DNA of 64,000 nucleotides from Gammaproteobacteria bacterium (GCA_046290385.1 JBKAGM010000005.1:1539-65538), one strand, 5' to 3'. Shown: positions 41,411 through 52,597, counted from the stretch's first letter. Program-made: numbers and translations. Notes: generated from the letters alone by a model not told the origin.

Positions 41411-41820
41411 GTGTTTAGGTTGGGGTTGTTATAGCAGAGCGGCCGCTGATTCTAACGATCGCTGTTTGATAAATGGTTTTTATAGCGCCAATCCATTATG
41501 TCGTCAAATTTTATTTGATGTTGTACGCTGCTATGATAATGATGATTTTCTTTGACGCCATTGATTGTAATTAATGTTGTAAATAATGTTTTTTTGTTTG
41601 TTCGCGAAAAATAGATTTCCTTTGATCAAGTTTTTCAGCATAAGCTTTGCCAATAGCAAACTCAGAATCACATTCGATTGTTTTGAAGTATGGCTATTTT
41701 TCGATCAAAAATATAAGTCATTCTCTTTCCTTTTGCTAATTTTGGGTTAATACCCAAGCGTAATGGAATAGTGTAAAATGTTACACAAGCTTATTTTTTA
41801 GAAAAAAATCAGGTAATGTA

Positions 41821-43005
41821 GTGAAATCAACCAAGCTCAGCATCATGGTCGTTATGGGGACTCGCCCAGAAGTGATTAAACTCGCACCCGTGATTAAGTC
41901 ATTGAAAAAAGATCCTTTTTTTGACGTTTCTGTCTGTGCAACCGCTCAGCATCGTCATATGCTTGATCAAATGATGGGTGTATTTGAATTGAAAGCGGAT
42001 GTGGATTTTGATTTGATGACTGATGGTCAAGATTTAACCGATATCAATTGTCGAGTCTTGCAGGCGTGGCGCGATTATTTTAAGCATTCCAAACCCGATT
42101 TAATCATCGTTCAAGGCGATACGACGACAGCATTCGCGACGGCGACAGCAGCGTTTTATCATCATATTCCTGTGGCGCATGTCGAGGCGGGTTTGCGTAC
42201 CGGCAATATTTATTCTCCCTGGCCGGAAGAAATGAATCGTCGTTTAACGGGGGCAATCACGCAGTTTCATTTTGCACCTACCGAGCTTTCGCGAGATCAT
42301 TTGCTCAAAGAAAATATTTCTTCAAGTAATATTTGGGTAACGGGTAACACAGTTATCGATGCATTGTTGAGTATCGTTGAAAAAATTAATCATGATGAAG
42401 TGTTACAGGCGAAACTGAAAAACTCTTTTGAAGCTATCGATTTTTCAAAACGCGTGTTGCTTGTTACTGGGCATCGACGTGAAAACTTTGGAGAGGGCTT
42501 TGAAAACATATGTCGAGCATTGCATGATTTAAGCTTCGAAGAAAATGTTGAGATCGTTTATCCAATGCACTTGAATCCAAATGTACGACAGCCTGTTAAC
42601 AGCATATTAGGCGGACGCGATAATATTCATCTGATAGAGCCATTGGATTATGTATCCTTCGTGTTTTTGATGATGCATTGTCATCTCGTGTTGACTGATT
42701 CTGGAGGCGTGCAAGAAGAAATGCCATCGTTAGGCAAGCCAGTGATTGTTATGCGTGATACGACAGAGCGTCCAGAAGCAATTACTGCCGGTACGGCTGT
42801 ATTGGCAGGCACTTCATCAGAAAATATTTTACGTTTAGCTAAAACACTGTTAAATGATGAAAAGGTTTATCAACGTATGTCTCAAGCAAAAAATCCATTT
42901 GGTGATGGGCATGCGAGCGACCGTATTAGTGAGATATTAAAGAGGTATTATGAAAAAGAGGTTAGTGCAGGCTCTTTCATGGGCCATGAATCCCAAAGGA
43001 TCTAA
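41821..43005 (+). CDS. wecB: UDP-N-acetylglucosamine 2-epimerase (non-hydrolysing)
   Basis: GTRPEVIK, QGDTTT, HVEAGLRT, GHRREN, TDSGGVQEE, TERPE. Confidence 0.95.
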   Translation: MKSTKLSIMVVMGTRPEVIKLAPVIKSLKKDPFFDVSVCATAQHRHMLDQMMGVFELKADVDFDLMTDGQDLTDINCRVLQAWRDYFKHSKPDLIIVQGDTTTAFATATAAFYHHIPVAHVEAGLRTGNIYSPWPEEMNRRLTGAITQFHFAPTELSRDHLLKENISSSNIWVTGNTVIDALLSIVEKINHDEVLQAKLKNSFEAIDFSKRVLLVTGHRRENFGEGFENICRALHDLSFEENVEIVYPMHLNPNVRQPVNSILGGRDNIHLIEPLDYVSFVFLMMHCHLVLTDSGGVQEEMPSLGKPVIVMRDTTERPEAITAGTAVLAGTSSENILRLAKTLLNDEKVYQRMSQAKNPFGDGHASDRISEILKRYYEKEVSAGSFMGHESQRI

Positions 43006-44731
43006 AATTGCATCATCACATCATCATGACGAGACGGTTTATCCGAATCATGACCATATTGTTTTAGCAGCCGATTGGTTGCTAGCCGCGCAAGCGGGCA
43101 CGCCTGATGGGGGTTATGCATGTAAATATCTGATCTATAAAAATCGCTGGGCTAAGAGTTATATTGAAACGACAGGTTACATTATTCCCTCGATGTTTGA
43201 TGTTGCGAAGGCGATGCAGAATGATAATTATCGTGAGAGTGCTCTTAAGGCGGGCGAATGGTTGTTGGAAAAACAACATCAAGATGGCGCATTCGATGGT
43301 TATGGCGACACGGGAAAACAAGTCTTTGATGTCGGGCAATGTTTGATAGGTTTGACGCGTTTATTTCAAGAAACGCAAGATGAACGATATAAAACCGCAG
43401 CAGTAAAAAGCGCAGATTGGTTGGTCTCTATGCAAGACCAAGATGGCGCGTGGCGTATGCGAACCTATGCTGGACAAGCGCGTACTTATTATTCTCGTGT
43501 CGGTGCGGCGTTGATTGAGTGTGGCCGTGTATTACATCAAGAAAAATATGTTCAAGCGGGGATGAGTAATATTCGATGGGTGTGTGGCCAGCAAAATGCA
43601 GAAGGTTGGTTTTCCTCTATGGAATTTAAGGCAGGCGAAAAACCGTTTTTGCATACCATGGTCTATGTCTTAGAAGGCTTGTTGATGGCTTATCGTTATA
43701 CTCAAGATGCTTTTGTCTTTGAGCGTGCGCTGCAATTTGCTAATGCATTAAAAACCGTAAACGTTGAGCGCGATATTGTATTGTGCTCGCAATATAATGA
43801 TGATTATACCGTTGCCAATGGTGAGCGTTGCGTTACAGGCTTGGCTCAATGGTCAGGGGTGTGCTTAGAATTTTATGGTATCACGAAAGATAAAACATTT
43901 CTTAAGCAAGCGATCAAGACGATATATTATTTAAAAGCGCGTCAATTTAAACGCGGCAAAAATTTACAAGGCGGTTTCCCTGGTAGTGTGCCATTTTATG
44001 GTAAATATAGCCCTGCTGCACTGCCCAACTGGAATAATAAATTTTTTATCGATGCAATGCTGCAATATCAACAGCATGCTGTGTCTATGGATGAAGAGCA
44101 TGAAACGTGGGTCAATGCTTGTTTCGCTTTGCAATCTCATCATGTGTCTTTAGGTTTGGTGCCTGTCGATTATAAATGTTTGGGTCATGTGGAGCCGGTG
44201 TTGTCTGCGCTTGAAGATGGGCAGACCGTTTTGGATTTGGGTTGCGGCAAGGGTAAGCACTTGAGTTATTTGCGAGAAAAATATCCGCGCCTAACTTTTG
44301 TAGGCGTTGATCCTAGTTTTGCCGATCGAGATGCAAATATTGTGAATGGTTCGGTGCGACAGATTCCGCTGCAAGACCAATCGGTGGACGTGATTATGTG
44401 CATGGAAGTGTTGCAACATGTTCGCAATTTAGAACCAGTGTTTGAAGAAATTAAGCGCGTATTGAAACCAGGAGCAACGTTTATCGTGAGTGATCGCAAT
44501 CCACGCTCTTTGTTGGGGTTTTTGAAAAAGCGATTAGAGCGCATGGGCAAATGGATGTATCCTTCGGATAGTCCTTTTGCAGAGAAGTGGTATTCGAAAG
44601 TCGAGTGGCAAACGCTTTTAAATGATGCGGGTTTTGATGTGAAACAGATTGCAAATGTGAATCGTCCAAAAGATAAAATTCCCGGTTTGAATCGATATTT
44701 TGTGATTTATGGCGTGAGAGCGCAGTTGTGA
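42950..44731 (+). CDS. Prenyltransferase/squalene-cyclase-like alpha/alpha barrel fused to a class I methyltransferase
   Basis: QW-like repeats (WLLAAQ..DGG, WLLEKQHQDGAF, WLVSMQDQDGAW, WVCGQQNAEGWF); C-terminal DLGCGKG, EVLQHV, RVLKPG. Confidence 0.72.
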   Translation: MKKRLVQALSWAMNPKGSKIASSHHHDETVYPNHDHIVLAADWLLAAQAGTPDGGYACKYLIYKNRWAKSYIETTGYIIPSMFDVAKAMQNDNYRESALKAGEWLLEKQHQDGAFDGYGDTGKQVFDVGQCLIGLTRLFQETQDERYKTAAVKSADWLVSMQDQDGAWRMRTYAGQARTYYSRVGAALIECGRVLHQEKYVQAGMSNIRWVCGQQNAEGWFSSMEFKAGEKPFLHTMVYVLEGLLMAYRYTQDAFVFERALQFANALKTVNVERDIVLCSQYNDDYTVANGERCVTGLAQWSGVCLEFYGITKDKTFLKQAIKTIYYLKARQFKRGKNLQGGFPGSVPFYGKYSPAALPNWNNKFFIDAMLQYQQHAVSMDEEHETWVNACFALQSHHVSLGLVPVDYKCLGHVEPVLSALEDGQTVLDLGCGKGKHLSYLREKYPRLTFVGVDPSFADRDANIVNGSVRQIPLQDQSVDVIMCMEVLQHVRNLEPVFEEIKRVLKPGATFIVSDRNPRSLLGFLKKRLERMGKWMYPSDSPFAEKWYSKVEWQTLLNDAGFDVKQIANVNRPKDKIPGLNRYFVIYGVRAQL

Positions 44732-44738
44732 TTTTTAA

Positions 44739-44790
44739 CCCCTCACCCTAGTCCTCTCCCCTTAGAGTGGAGAAGGGTTAGGGGTGAGGG
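44739..44790. repeat. BoxC-like pyrimidine/purine palindrome
   Basis: cccctcaccctagtcctctcccc...ggagaagggttaggggtgaggg. Confidence 0.6.
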
Positions 44791-44826
44791 TGGAAATGAA
44801 TGGCGCTGCAGGCGCGGCATTAAAGG

Positions 44827-46104
44827 ATGCACATGTCAGTCAAAAAATTCTTATCAGTTAACATCTTTCTCACATTCTTTAATGTGCTCGTGAATTTTTT
44901 CGTGCTCGTGTTCTTATCTCATATCTTCATCAAAGCCGATTTGGTTATTTACACGCTACTCTCAGATACACTAAAAATCTTTTGTTTATTTTTCACAGGT
45001 TTTAAAGACGCTGTCGTACGGGTTTTTAGTCACAGCGATGAAAAGAAGCAAGTATTTCGAGGGATGTGGATCGCGGGTTTGATTTTTTGGTTCATAGAAG
45101 CCTTATTTATCTTGCCAATTTTACAATTTTACTATTTGCCACATAGATTGGCTGGTTATGATTACCAGCTTTGGCAGTTAGAAGCAGTCTTGGCTTGTTT
45201 GGTCTGGGGGCAATTGATAGGTTATATGATGCTTGCCAATCGAATTTATAAAGTTATTTCTATCTCAGATTTTATCAAAAGCATATTGTTTATCGTGACG
45301 TTTATTATTTTATATGCGTTTGTGCCAATGTCTTCGGGCCATCAGTATTTGATGATGACGTTTTTGATTTCGATGTTTTTATTTGTGCTTTGGATTTGGC
45401 GGATGTTAGGCAAATATGTGCCAGAGTATCGTTTGCGATGTATTGTGCGCGTAAGCTTTTGGAAAAATAAATACGAGGCGAAGCAGTTTTATCAATATTC
45501 TGTTATTGCAACGACAGAATATGTGTGCGCCTATTTTTATGTATATTTTTCGAGTTTTATGATTCTTAATTACTATGGCACAGATGATTTGGCTAATTTT
45601 CAAGTGGTCGCTAGGCCTATTTATACGGCATTAATCAGTATTTTTTCTTTTCCAGTATTTCGATTTTTGTTACCAGAATACTCTAATCTTTTGTCTGAAA
45701 AAAAACATGATGAAGTATTAAAGGTTAGAAAACATCTGATAAAGTTGATTTCTGTGTTTGCAGTTATCGGCTGGGTAGGGACTTGGTTGACCTCACGCTT
45801 TTGGGTGACGTTGTTTTTTCCAAACCAATATGCGCCAGCGAGTCAGATGTTGGATGTTTTAATCATTGCGTTGCCTTTTGTGGTGTATACAGCTTCTTCT
45901 TTTGCCATCATTAAAGCTTCGGGCGGTTTTTGGCATACACTTCTGACGAGGGTTTTAGGCGCATTGGCCTTTGTAGTATGCTTCTTCGCGTCGCGATGGT
46001 TTACTCCGTCAGTCTATGCGGTTATTGGATCCATGGTTGCCAGTGTTTTTGTAATGTTTTTCTACGCGTTCTTGGTAGAAAAGTATTATTTGAGAAAGTT
46101 ATAA
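44827..46104 (+). CDS. wzx: Oligosaccharide flippase (Wzx/MOP family)
   Basis: ~12 hydrophobic segments, 425 aa, position in a Wzy-type locus. Confidence 0.65.
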   Translation: MHMSVKKFLSVNIFLTFFNVLVNFFVLVFLSHIFIKADLVIYTLLSDTLKIFCLFFTGFKDAVVRVFSHSDEKKQVFRGMWIAGLIFWFIEALFILPILQFYYLPHRLAGYDYQLWQLEAVLACLVWGQLIGYMMLANRIYKVISISDFIKSILFIVTFIILYAFVPMSSGHQYLMMTFLISMFLFVLWIWRMLGKYVPEYRLRCIVRVSFWKNKYEAKQFYQYSVIATTEYVCAYFYVYFSSFMILNYYGTDDLANFQVVARPIYTALISIFSFPVFRFLLPEYSNLLSEKKHDEVLKVRKHLIKLISVFAVIGWVGTWLTSRFWVTLFFPNQYAPASQMLDVLIIALPFVVYTASSFAIIKASGGFWHTLLTRVLGALAFVVCFFASRWFTPSVYAVIGSMVASVFVMFFYAFLVEKYYLRKL

Positions 46105-46139
46105 AGGTGCATGACAATAAATCAGAGATGCTTCCGTCC

Positions 46140-46190
46140 GCAGCGAGGAATCTCCTCCTGATGGAGATTCCTCGCTGCGCTCGGAATGAC
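46140..46190. repeat. REP-like hairpin (truncated doublet)
   Basis: gcagcgaggaatctcc-N7-ggagattcctcgctgc then gctcggaatgac; similar to 41098-41125. Confidence 0.7.
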
Positions 46191-46288
46191 AGAGAAGCTT
46201 TAACTGTATGGAGATTATGCCGAAGGTCGTAATCCACTAGGGCATCATCAATCCTGAGGGTTAAAGATGACATTAAAGGAACACAACA

Positions 46289-47530
46289 ATGCTATCGACG
46301 CTTAAAAAAACAACGTTTGAAGAAATCATTATTCTGCTCACACTCTTGTGTTATTTCGTTTACTTCCCTGTGCAATCCATAGGACCTATTCACATTACTA
46401 CTCCATTATTTTTTGCTTTGATTGTTTTTGTCGCGATAAGCGTATTAATTAGCTTGCTCAAAGGACCACGTTATATTTTGAATGTCTATTGGCAACCAGA
46501 TTATTGGCCTTTATATCTTTATGCATTCTTTTTGCTGATCAATATCGGTTATGCCATATCACCTGTATACGCAGCGAAATGGACGATGAAATATTATCTA
46601 ATCGTATTATTTGTCTTTTATTTTTTCCGAAAACGCCAATCTTTTGAATTTTTCTGCAAGGCATTACCGCGCTTAGGGGTGTTCTCTGCGCTATTGCTGT
46701 TTGTCTACATGGGATTGTGGCGCAACATACAACCATTTTATAACAACACTGTCGCTTCGATGCTCGTGGGTCCAGCGCCACATATCATCGCGTTGGGATT
46801 GATTTATGCATTTCTTCGTAGCAGTAATCGTTTGACGGGGTGGCGATTGTGTTATTTTGCTCTGTTATTTGCTGCCTTGATTTTATGGGGTTCGCGCTCG
46901 ATATTGATAGCGACGCTAGTCGGGTTATTTGCGGCATTTTTCATGTGGAAGCATCGCTATAAATGGCGACTATTCTCGGGGATCGTCGTTGTGTTGTTAA
47001 TGATTATCCTCTTTATGTCGATTGGACATATTTTTGGTGATATGCCCGTGTTAAAAAAATATTCTCTGATGCCTTTGAGTCACGCCTTTTGGCAAAGCCC
47101 CAATATTCAAACACGTGCGAATTTGTGGGCAATGGGTTTGCACGCTTGGCAAGCCCATCCTTGGTTGGGTGTGGGAGCCGGGAACTTCCCATTTATTCCC
47201 TTTTATAACTTCATCAATACCCATGACGTTGATATGTTAACATTATTGTCTCAACATAAAGATGTGCATAACCTAATCATTCAGTTGCTTTGTGAGCAAG
47301 GAGTCATCGGTATTGTTTTGTTTTTTGTCATAGTGGTTAAAGCTGTAGCGTACCAAATTCGTGGTTTGTGGCGAGGGGATGAGGTTTACCAAATGCTGTT
47401 TTGTTTTACTTTATATATGCTATCATATTCGCTTATGAGCGTTGTGTTTGATGTAAAACACTTCTTGCTTTTGATGTTACCTTTAGTCAGCAGTTATTTG
47501 ATATATCACTATGAATCAACAGAAAAGTAA
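46289..47530 (+). CDS. O-antigen polymerase/ligase (Wzy_C domain)
   Basis: GSRS, R..LW....AW..HPWLGVGAGNF, VHNLIIQLLCEQG; polytopic. Confidence 0.82.
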   Translation: MLSTLKKTTFEEIIILLTLLCYFVYFPVQSIGPIHITTPLFFALIVFVAISVLISLLKGPRYILNVYWQPDYWPLYLYAFFLLINIGYAISPVYAAKWTMKYYLIVLFVFYFFRKRQSFEFFCKALPRLGVFSALLLFVYMGLWRNIQPFYNNTVASMLVGPAPHIIALGLIYAFLRSSNRLTGWRLCYFALLFAALILWGSRSILIATLVGLFAAFFMWKHRYKWRLFSGIVVVLLMIILFMSIGHIFGDMPVLKKYSLMPLSHAFWQSPNIQTRANLWAMGLHAWQAHPWLGVGAGNFPFIPFYNFINTHDVDMLTLLSQHKDVHNLIIQLLCEQGVIGIVLFFVIVVKAVAYQIRGLWRGDEVYQMLFCFTLYMLSYSLMSVVFDVKHFLLLMLPLVSSYLIYHYESTEK

Positions 47531-48671
47531 ACCTCGTGTCTTGATTATTCCCCATTCTTGCATTGGAAATATTCTTATACGTGCTCGTGAATTAGCCAAG
47601 CACCTTACTGATGAGTACGACGTTTATTATCTCTTATGGCATCGTCGTACAAAAAATAATTTATTGGGCAAAATTAAAGAAGTCTTGGTTAACTTTTTCC
47701 AGAAAACGACTATGGAATCTTCCGAAGATGGGTTTCATTACGTGCGAATGAGACGTTTTTATTTTCCTTTTGGCGCCGCGACCCGTTGGAATACGGCGCG
47801 TTTGAAAAAGTTTGTTGAAAAAAACGATATTTCCATCGTCATCAATTCTGCCATGATGTATTACGATACAACCACGTTTAAAGACGTGCGTGTGATTTAT
47901 GATGTTGTGGATGACCTATTAGAAGAAAGTGGTGGGCTATTTCCAAAATATGTCGAACAAAAAATTAGCCGCTTTTGTTGGCGTCAAATAGAAAATACGA
48001 GTACTGTGCTCGCTGTTACCCAATGTCTTGCAAATATTTTGGGTAAAAAATTGAATAAAACGATTCATTATTTGCCAAATGGAGTCAACGTCGAGCGATT
48101 TCAAAGCGTCTCTGCAGAAAAAATTCAAAGTTTTCGCGAACAACATAAGCTCACCGATAGCAAGGTTATTGGATATATCGGAAATTTGCGTGACAGTTAT
48201 ACGGGTTTAGATTTTTTGTTGGAATTTTTCAGGATTGCCCGACACCGTCATCCCGAAGTAAAGTTGTTATTGGTAGGACCCTTAGATGCTGAGCATCAAA
48301 AGATGATTCATCAACAGCCCGGGGTTGTTTGGTTGGGACCTTTACCTTCTGCGATGATGCCATTAGTCTTTTCATCGATTGATATTGGCGTGCTACCCTT
48401 TGAATTATCGAGTCTTACCGAGCATTGTTTGCCGATTAAAATTTTAGAATATTCTGCTGCTCGCAAACACGTTTTGGCGACCAACTTAAAATCTTTGCGT
48501 GATTTGAATATGCCAAATATTCACTTGCTTGATAGAGATATTGTTGCATGGAATTTGGCGCTAGATGAAATTATCAATATGCCATGGGAAAATAGCTACA
48601 ATAACTACGTCGAACAATATCATTGGAACTCTGTGACGGGGCAGCTCAAAACCTTAATGAAAGGAGCGTAA
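47511..48671 (+). CDS. GT-B glycosyltransferase
   Basis: YDVVDD, LPNGV, GYIG, PIKILEYSA. Confidence 0.8.
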   Translation: MNQQKSKPRVLIIPHSCIGNILIRARELAKHLTDEYDVYYLLWHRRTKNNLLGKIKEVLVNFFQKTTMESSEDGFHYVRMRRFYFPFGAATRWNTARLKKFVEKNDISIVINSAMMYYDTTTFKDVRVIYDVVDDLLEESGGLFPKYVEQKISRFCWRQIENTSTVLAVTQCLANILGKKLNKTIHYLPNGVNVERFQSVSAEKIQSFREQHKLTDSKVIGYIGNLRDSYTGLDFLLEFFRIARHRHPEVKLLLVGPLDAEHQKMIHQQPGVVWLGPLPSAMMPLVFSSIDIGVLPFELSSLTEHCLPIKILEYSAARKHVLATNLKSLRDLNMPNIHLLDRDIVAWNLALDEIINMPWENSYNNYVEQYHWNSVTGQLKTLMKGA

Positions 48672-48678
48672 GGCAATT

Positions 48679-50070
48679 ATGCAACCACGTCGCGCGTTAA
48701 AAGAATTATACGGCTTGCTTTGTTGGAGTGTGCGAGTCATCGATGTCTTATTGCTTGTGTTAGCGGGTTATCTCGCATTTGCTCTTCGCTTCCATCACTT
48801 TGATCTCACTCCTCGCTATTTGAATGCTCTGTATATTTCTGCCTTTGTGGGTTTAGTTTGTTTCCAGCAGTTTGAAGTGTATGCTTCGTTTCGTGGACGT
48901 TCTTTTCTGGCGTATTTATTTCAAATCACCTGGGCGCTGGCGATTGTCATGCTTGTAATGTTGACGATTGGTTTCGCTAGTAGAACAAGTGCTGCGTATT
49001 CGCGCTTTTGGTTGGCGAGCTGGTTTGCAATTGCCTGGGTGTTGTTAAGTCTATTCCGAGCGATTACCTGGTTTGTATTACGTTGGTCGCGTGGGCGCGG
49101 ATTGAATGTGCGTAATGTGGTGATTATTGGGAATACCGATATTGCGAAAAAAATGGCAAACGATATGCATCAAGCGCTATGGACAGGGTTTCGTGTCGTG
49201 GCTATTTTAGACGAGGAAGTCTTAGCTTCTGAAATACGCGGTGTGCCAGTCAAAACCATGCCAGAAGACTTGCCGGAATATATTGCGCGTGAAAATATAC
49301 AAGAAGTTTGGATAGCTTTGCCATTGCGACAGGAGGAACGCATTAAGCAGATTACACATGCTTTGCGTCATAATGTGATTACAACACGTTATATGCTTGA
49401 TCTGTTTAGCCAAAATATGATGAGCCACTCTATGACAGAAATCTTAGGTGTCCCTATGATGAATTTATGCGCGACATCGCTTTATGGCGTCAATCATATT
49501 GTAAAAAATATTTTTGATCGTTTATTTGCAGCGTTCGTTTTATTACTAATTAGCCCTATCATGCTTGTCATTGCGATTGCAGTGAAGTGCTCTTCGTCAG
49601 GCCCGGTTTTTTACCGTCAAACACGCATGAGTATTCAGGGTCAGCCTTTTGAGATGTTAAAGTTTCGTTCCATGCCTGTCGATGCTGAAAAGAAAACGGG
49701 TGCTGTTTGGGCAAGCAAAGAAGATAATCGTGCTACGCGTGTCGGACAATTTTTACGTAAAACAAGTTTAGATGAATTGCCACAATTTATTAACGTACTT
49801 AAAGGCGATATGTCGATCGTTGGCCCTAGGCCAGAACGTCCAGAGTTGGTAGATAAGTTTAAAAATGAAATTCCAGGATATATGCAAAAGCATTTAGTCA
49901 AAGCAGGTATTACAGGTTGGGCGCAAATTAATGGTTGGCGTGGCAATACTTGTTTAGAGCAACGTATTAAACATGATTTATTTTATATTGAAAATTGGTC
50001 GCTATGGTTTGACTTAAAAATTATTGCGCTGACAGTTTTTAAAGGTTTTATGAATAAAAATGCCTACTAG
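48679..50070 (+). CDS. wcaJ: Undecaprenyl-phosphate glucose phosphotransferase
   Basis: N-terminal TMs, KFRSM, SLDELPQF, GPRPERP, GITGWAQING. Confidence 0.9.
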   Translation: MQPRRALKELYGLLCWSVRVIDVLLLVLAGYLAFALRFHHFDLTPRYLNALYISAFVGLVCFQQFEVYASFRGRSFLAYLFQITWALAIVMLVMLTIGFASRTSAAYSRFWLASWFAIAWVLLSLFRAITWFVLRWSRGRGLNVRNVVIIGNTDIAKKMANDMHQALWTGFRVVAILDEEVLASEIRGVPVKTMPEDLPEYIARENIQEVWIALPLRQEERIKQITHALRHNVITTRYMLDLFSQNMMSHSMTEILGVPMMNLCATSLYGVNHIVKNIFDRLFAAFVLLLISPIMLVIAIAVKCSSSGPVFYRQTRMSIQGQPFEMLKFRSMPVDAEKKTGAVWASKEDNRATRVGQFLRKTSLDELPQFINVLKGDMSIVGPRPERPELVDKFKNEIPGYMQKHLVKAGITGWAQINGWRGNTCLEQRIKHDLFYIENWSLWFDLKIIALTVFKGFMNKNAY

Positions 50071-50110
50071 TTCGATTTTTAGGGCGCACATTAACTAAAG
50101 GAAACACATT

Positions 50111-51016
50111 ATGAAAGGGATCATACTCGCAGGTGGTGCTGGCACAAGGCTCGCTCCGGTGACGCACGCAGTCAGTAAGCAGCTCATACCTGTATATGAT
50201 AAACCTATGATTTATTATCCATTGTCGGCATTAATGCTCGCACAAATTCGAGAAATATTGATTATTACCACCCCCCAAGATCAGGCAGCATTTCAGCATT
50301 TATTGGGTGATGGTTCGCAGTGGGGAATTCGGTTGGAGTATGCCGTGCAGTCATCACCGGATGGATTAGCGCAAGCCTTTGTCATTGGAGAATCATTTAT
50401 TGGTAATGACTCTGTGTGTTTAGTATTGGGCGATAACATTTTTTATGGCCCAAACTTAACGGCGATGCTTCGTAATGCTGTATCGAAAAAAGAAGGCGCT
50501 ACCGTTTTTGCGTATTACGTTAACCGTCCGCAGGATTATGGTATTGTGACGTTCGATGAAAATGGACGTGCAAGATCGATTCAAGAAAAACCTAAAAATC
50601 CACCTTCTAATTACGCAGTTACTGGAATATATTTCTATGACAATCAAGTCGTGGATATTGCAAAATCTATAAAACCTTCGCCGCGTGGTGAGTTGGAAAT
50701 ATCCGATGTCAATCAAGTTTACTTAGAACGTGGATTGTTAGATGTCGAAATTTTCAAACGTGGCATGACGTGGCTCGATATGGGGACGACGCGCGCGCTG
50801 CTAGAAGCATCTCAGTTCGTTGAAGTCATCGAAGCGCGTACAGGATTAAGGATTGCATGCTTAGAGGAAATCGCATGGCGTATGCGATACATCAGTACCG
50901 AGCAGTTGCTCGCTTTAGCCAAACCTTTGATGAAAAGCGGGTACGGGAAATATCTTGTGAAAATTAGCCATGAAGTATTGGCAGCTAAGAAAGATGTGCT
51001 TGAAGAGGTTTCATGA
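50111..51016 (+). CDS. rfbA: Glucose-1-phosphate thymidylyltransferase
   Basis: [36 protein letters not shown]. Confidence 0.96.
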   Translation: MKGIILAGGAGTRLAPVTHAVSKQLIPVYDKPMIYYPLSALMLAQIREILIITTPQDQAAFQHLLGDGSQWGIRLEYAVQSSPDGLAQAFVIGESFIGNDSVCLVLGDNIFYGPNLTAMLRNAVSKKEGATVFAYYVNRPQDYGIVTFDENGRARSIQEKPKNPPSNYAVTGIYFYDNQVVDIAKSIKPSPRGELEISDVNQVYLERGLLDVEIFKRGMTWLDMGTTRALLEASQFVEVIEARTGLRIACLEEIAWRMRYISTEQLLALAKPLMKSGYGKYLVKISHEVLAAKKDVLEEVS

Positions 51017-51576
51017 TGCAAGTAATAAAGACAAAACTATCCGATGCTCTTATTATTGAACCAAAGATTTTTTCGGACGACAGAGGTTATTTTCTAGAAA
51101 CACATAATGCCCAACGCTATATCGAATCGGGACTGAACGTAAAGTTTGTTCAAGATAACTTTTCTTGTTCAGATAAAAATGTTTTGCGCGGCATGCATTT
51201 TCAAAAAAAATATCCGCAAGGCAAGTTGGTGTCTGTTAGTTTGGGGAAAGTTTTTGACGTGATCGTTGACTTAAGACCCAATTCGCCTACTTTTGGTGAA
51301 TGGTTGGGAGTAGAGTTAGATGATCAATCACATCGACAGCTCTATGTGCCGCCTGGTTTTGCGCATGGATTTTATGTCTTATCTGACCGCGCACATTTTC
51401 ATTATAAATGCACCGATTATTATCACCCAGAAGATGAGGGCGGTATTATTTGGAATGACGAAACAATTAATATAGATTGGCCTTTGCAAGGTGAGCCCGT
51501 TGTTTCTGAAAAAGATCAAGCTTACTCGGGGCTGTCAGATCTGAAGAGAGGAATTTTTTGTGACGTATCAACCTAA
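51013..51576 (+). CDS. rfbC: dTDP-4-dehydrorhamnose 3,5-epimerase
   Basis: DDRGYF, FVQDN, LRGMHFQ, GFAHGF. Confidence 0.96.
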   Translation: MMQVIKTKLSDALIIEPKIFSDDRGYFLETHNAQRYIESGLNVKFVQDNFSCSDKNVLRGMHFQKKYPQGKLVSVSLGKVFDVIVDLRPNSPTFGEWLGVELDDQSHRQLYVPPGFAHGFYVLSDRAHFHYKCTDYYHPEDEGGIIWNDETINIDWPLQGEPVVSEKDQAYSGLSDLKRGIFCDVST

Positions 51577-52597
51577 AAATATTTTAATCACAGGTGGCGC
51601 TGGTTTTATCGGCAGTCATTTTGTGCGATTGCTGTTGTCGCAACCGTTTGTTTCTTGTGTTGTTAACTTAGATAAATTGACTTACGCGGCAAATTTAAAA
51701 AATCTTGACGATGTGAAAGAGCATGAAAAATATGTTTTTGTCGAGGGGGATATTTGCGATCGAGAAAAAGTTGATATGCTTTTGAAGCAATATGCTATCG
51801 ACACTATTGTCCATTTTGCGGCTGAAAGCCATGTGGATCGCTCCATTGAAGGTCCAGATGCGTTTATTCAAACAAATATCGTAGGGACATTCACCTTGTT
51901 GGATGCTGCTAAAAAGCTTTGGCGTGATCACCATGGTTGGGGAGAGTCGCAGTGTCGTTTTCATCATGTTTCAACAGATGAGGTGTATGGCTCGCTAACG
52001 AAAGAAGATCCAGCTTTTACTGAAACCACACCATATTCACCGCGTTCACCTTATTCGGCATCAAAGGCGAGCTCTGATCATCTAGCCAATGCCTATTTTC
52101 ATACCTATGGATTGCCCGTGACTATCAGTAATTGTTCGAATAATTATGGTCCTTGCCAACATCCCGAAAAACTCATTCCAACGATTATTCGTTCCTGTGT
52201 TTCGAGGCAGCCAATTCCAATTTATGGTGATGGCAGTAATATTCGTGATTGGTTATATGTAGAAGATCATTGTGACGCGGTGCTTAAAATAGTCCAACAA
52301 GGTTGTTTGGGAGAAACCTACAATATTGGTGGAAACAATGAATGGTCGAATTTAGCGTTGGCAAAGCAAATTGCCAACGAGATGGATAAGCGCGCACCAT
52401 CAAGTGCGCCACATGAGCAGCTTATCACCTCGGTGAAAGACCGTGCTGGACACGATTGGCGTTATGCGATTGATAGCACAAAAATCATGCGTCATTTAGG
52501 CTGGGAACCTGATACCGACATGCAGAGGGGGCTAGCGAGAACTTTGGATTTTTACCTTGATCCCGCTATAATCTTAAAGACTGTTGATGTAATTTAA
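51560..52597 (+). CDS. rfbB: dTDP-glucose 4,6-dehydratase
   Basis: TGGAGFIGS, AAESHVDRSI, STDEVYG, YSASK, RDWLYV. Confidence 0.96.
   Translation: MTYQPKNILITGGAGFIGSHFVRLLLSQPFVSCVVNLDKLTYAANLKNLDDVKEHEKYVFVEGDICDREKVDMLLKQYAIDTIVHFAAESHVDRSIEGPDAFIQTNIVGTFTLLDAAKKLWRDHHGWGESQCRFHHVSTDEVYGSLTKEDPAFTETTPYSPRSPYSASKASSDHLANAYFHTYGLPVTISNCSNNYGPCQHPEKLIPTIIRSCVSRQPIPIYGDGSNIRDWLYVEDHCDAVLKIVQQGCLGETYNIGGNNEWSNLALAKQIANEMDKRAPSSAPHEQLITSVKDRAGHDWRYAIDSTKIMRHLGWEPDTDMQRGLARTLDFYLDPAIILKTVDVI

Noticed and set aside
41411-41820. ncRNA or riboswitch in the long leader of wecB
   Set aside because: No recognisable conserved structure by eye; an Rfam scan would be needed
42950-44100. Squalene-hopene cyclase / hopanoid synthesis
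   Set aside because: Single barrel, no DxDD motif, no hpn genes; polysaccharide context
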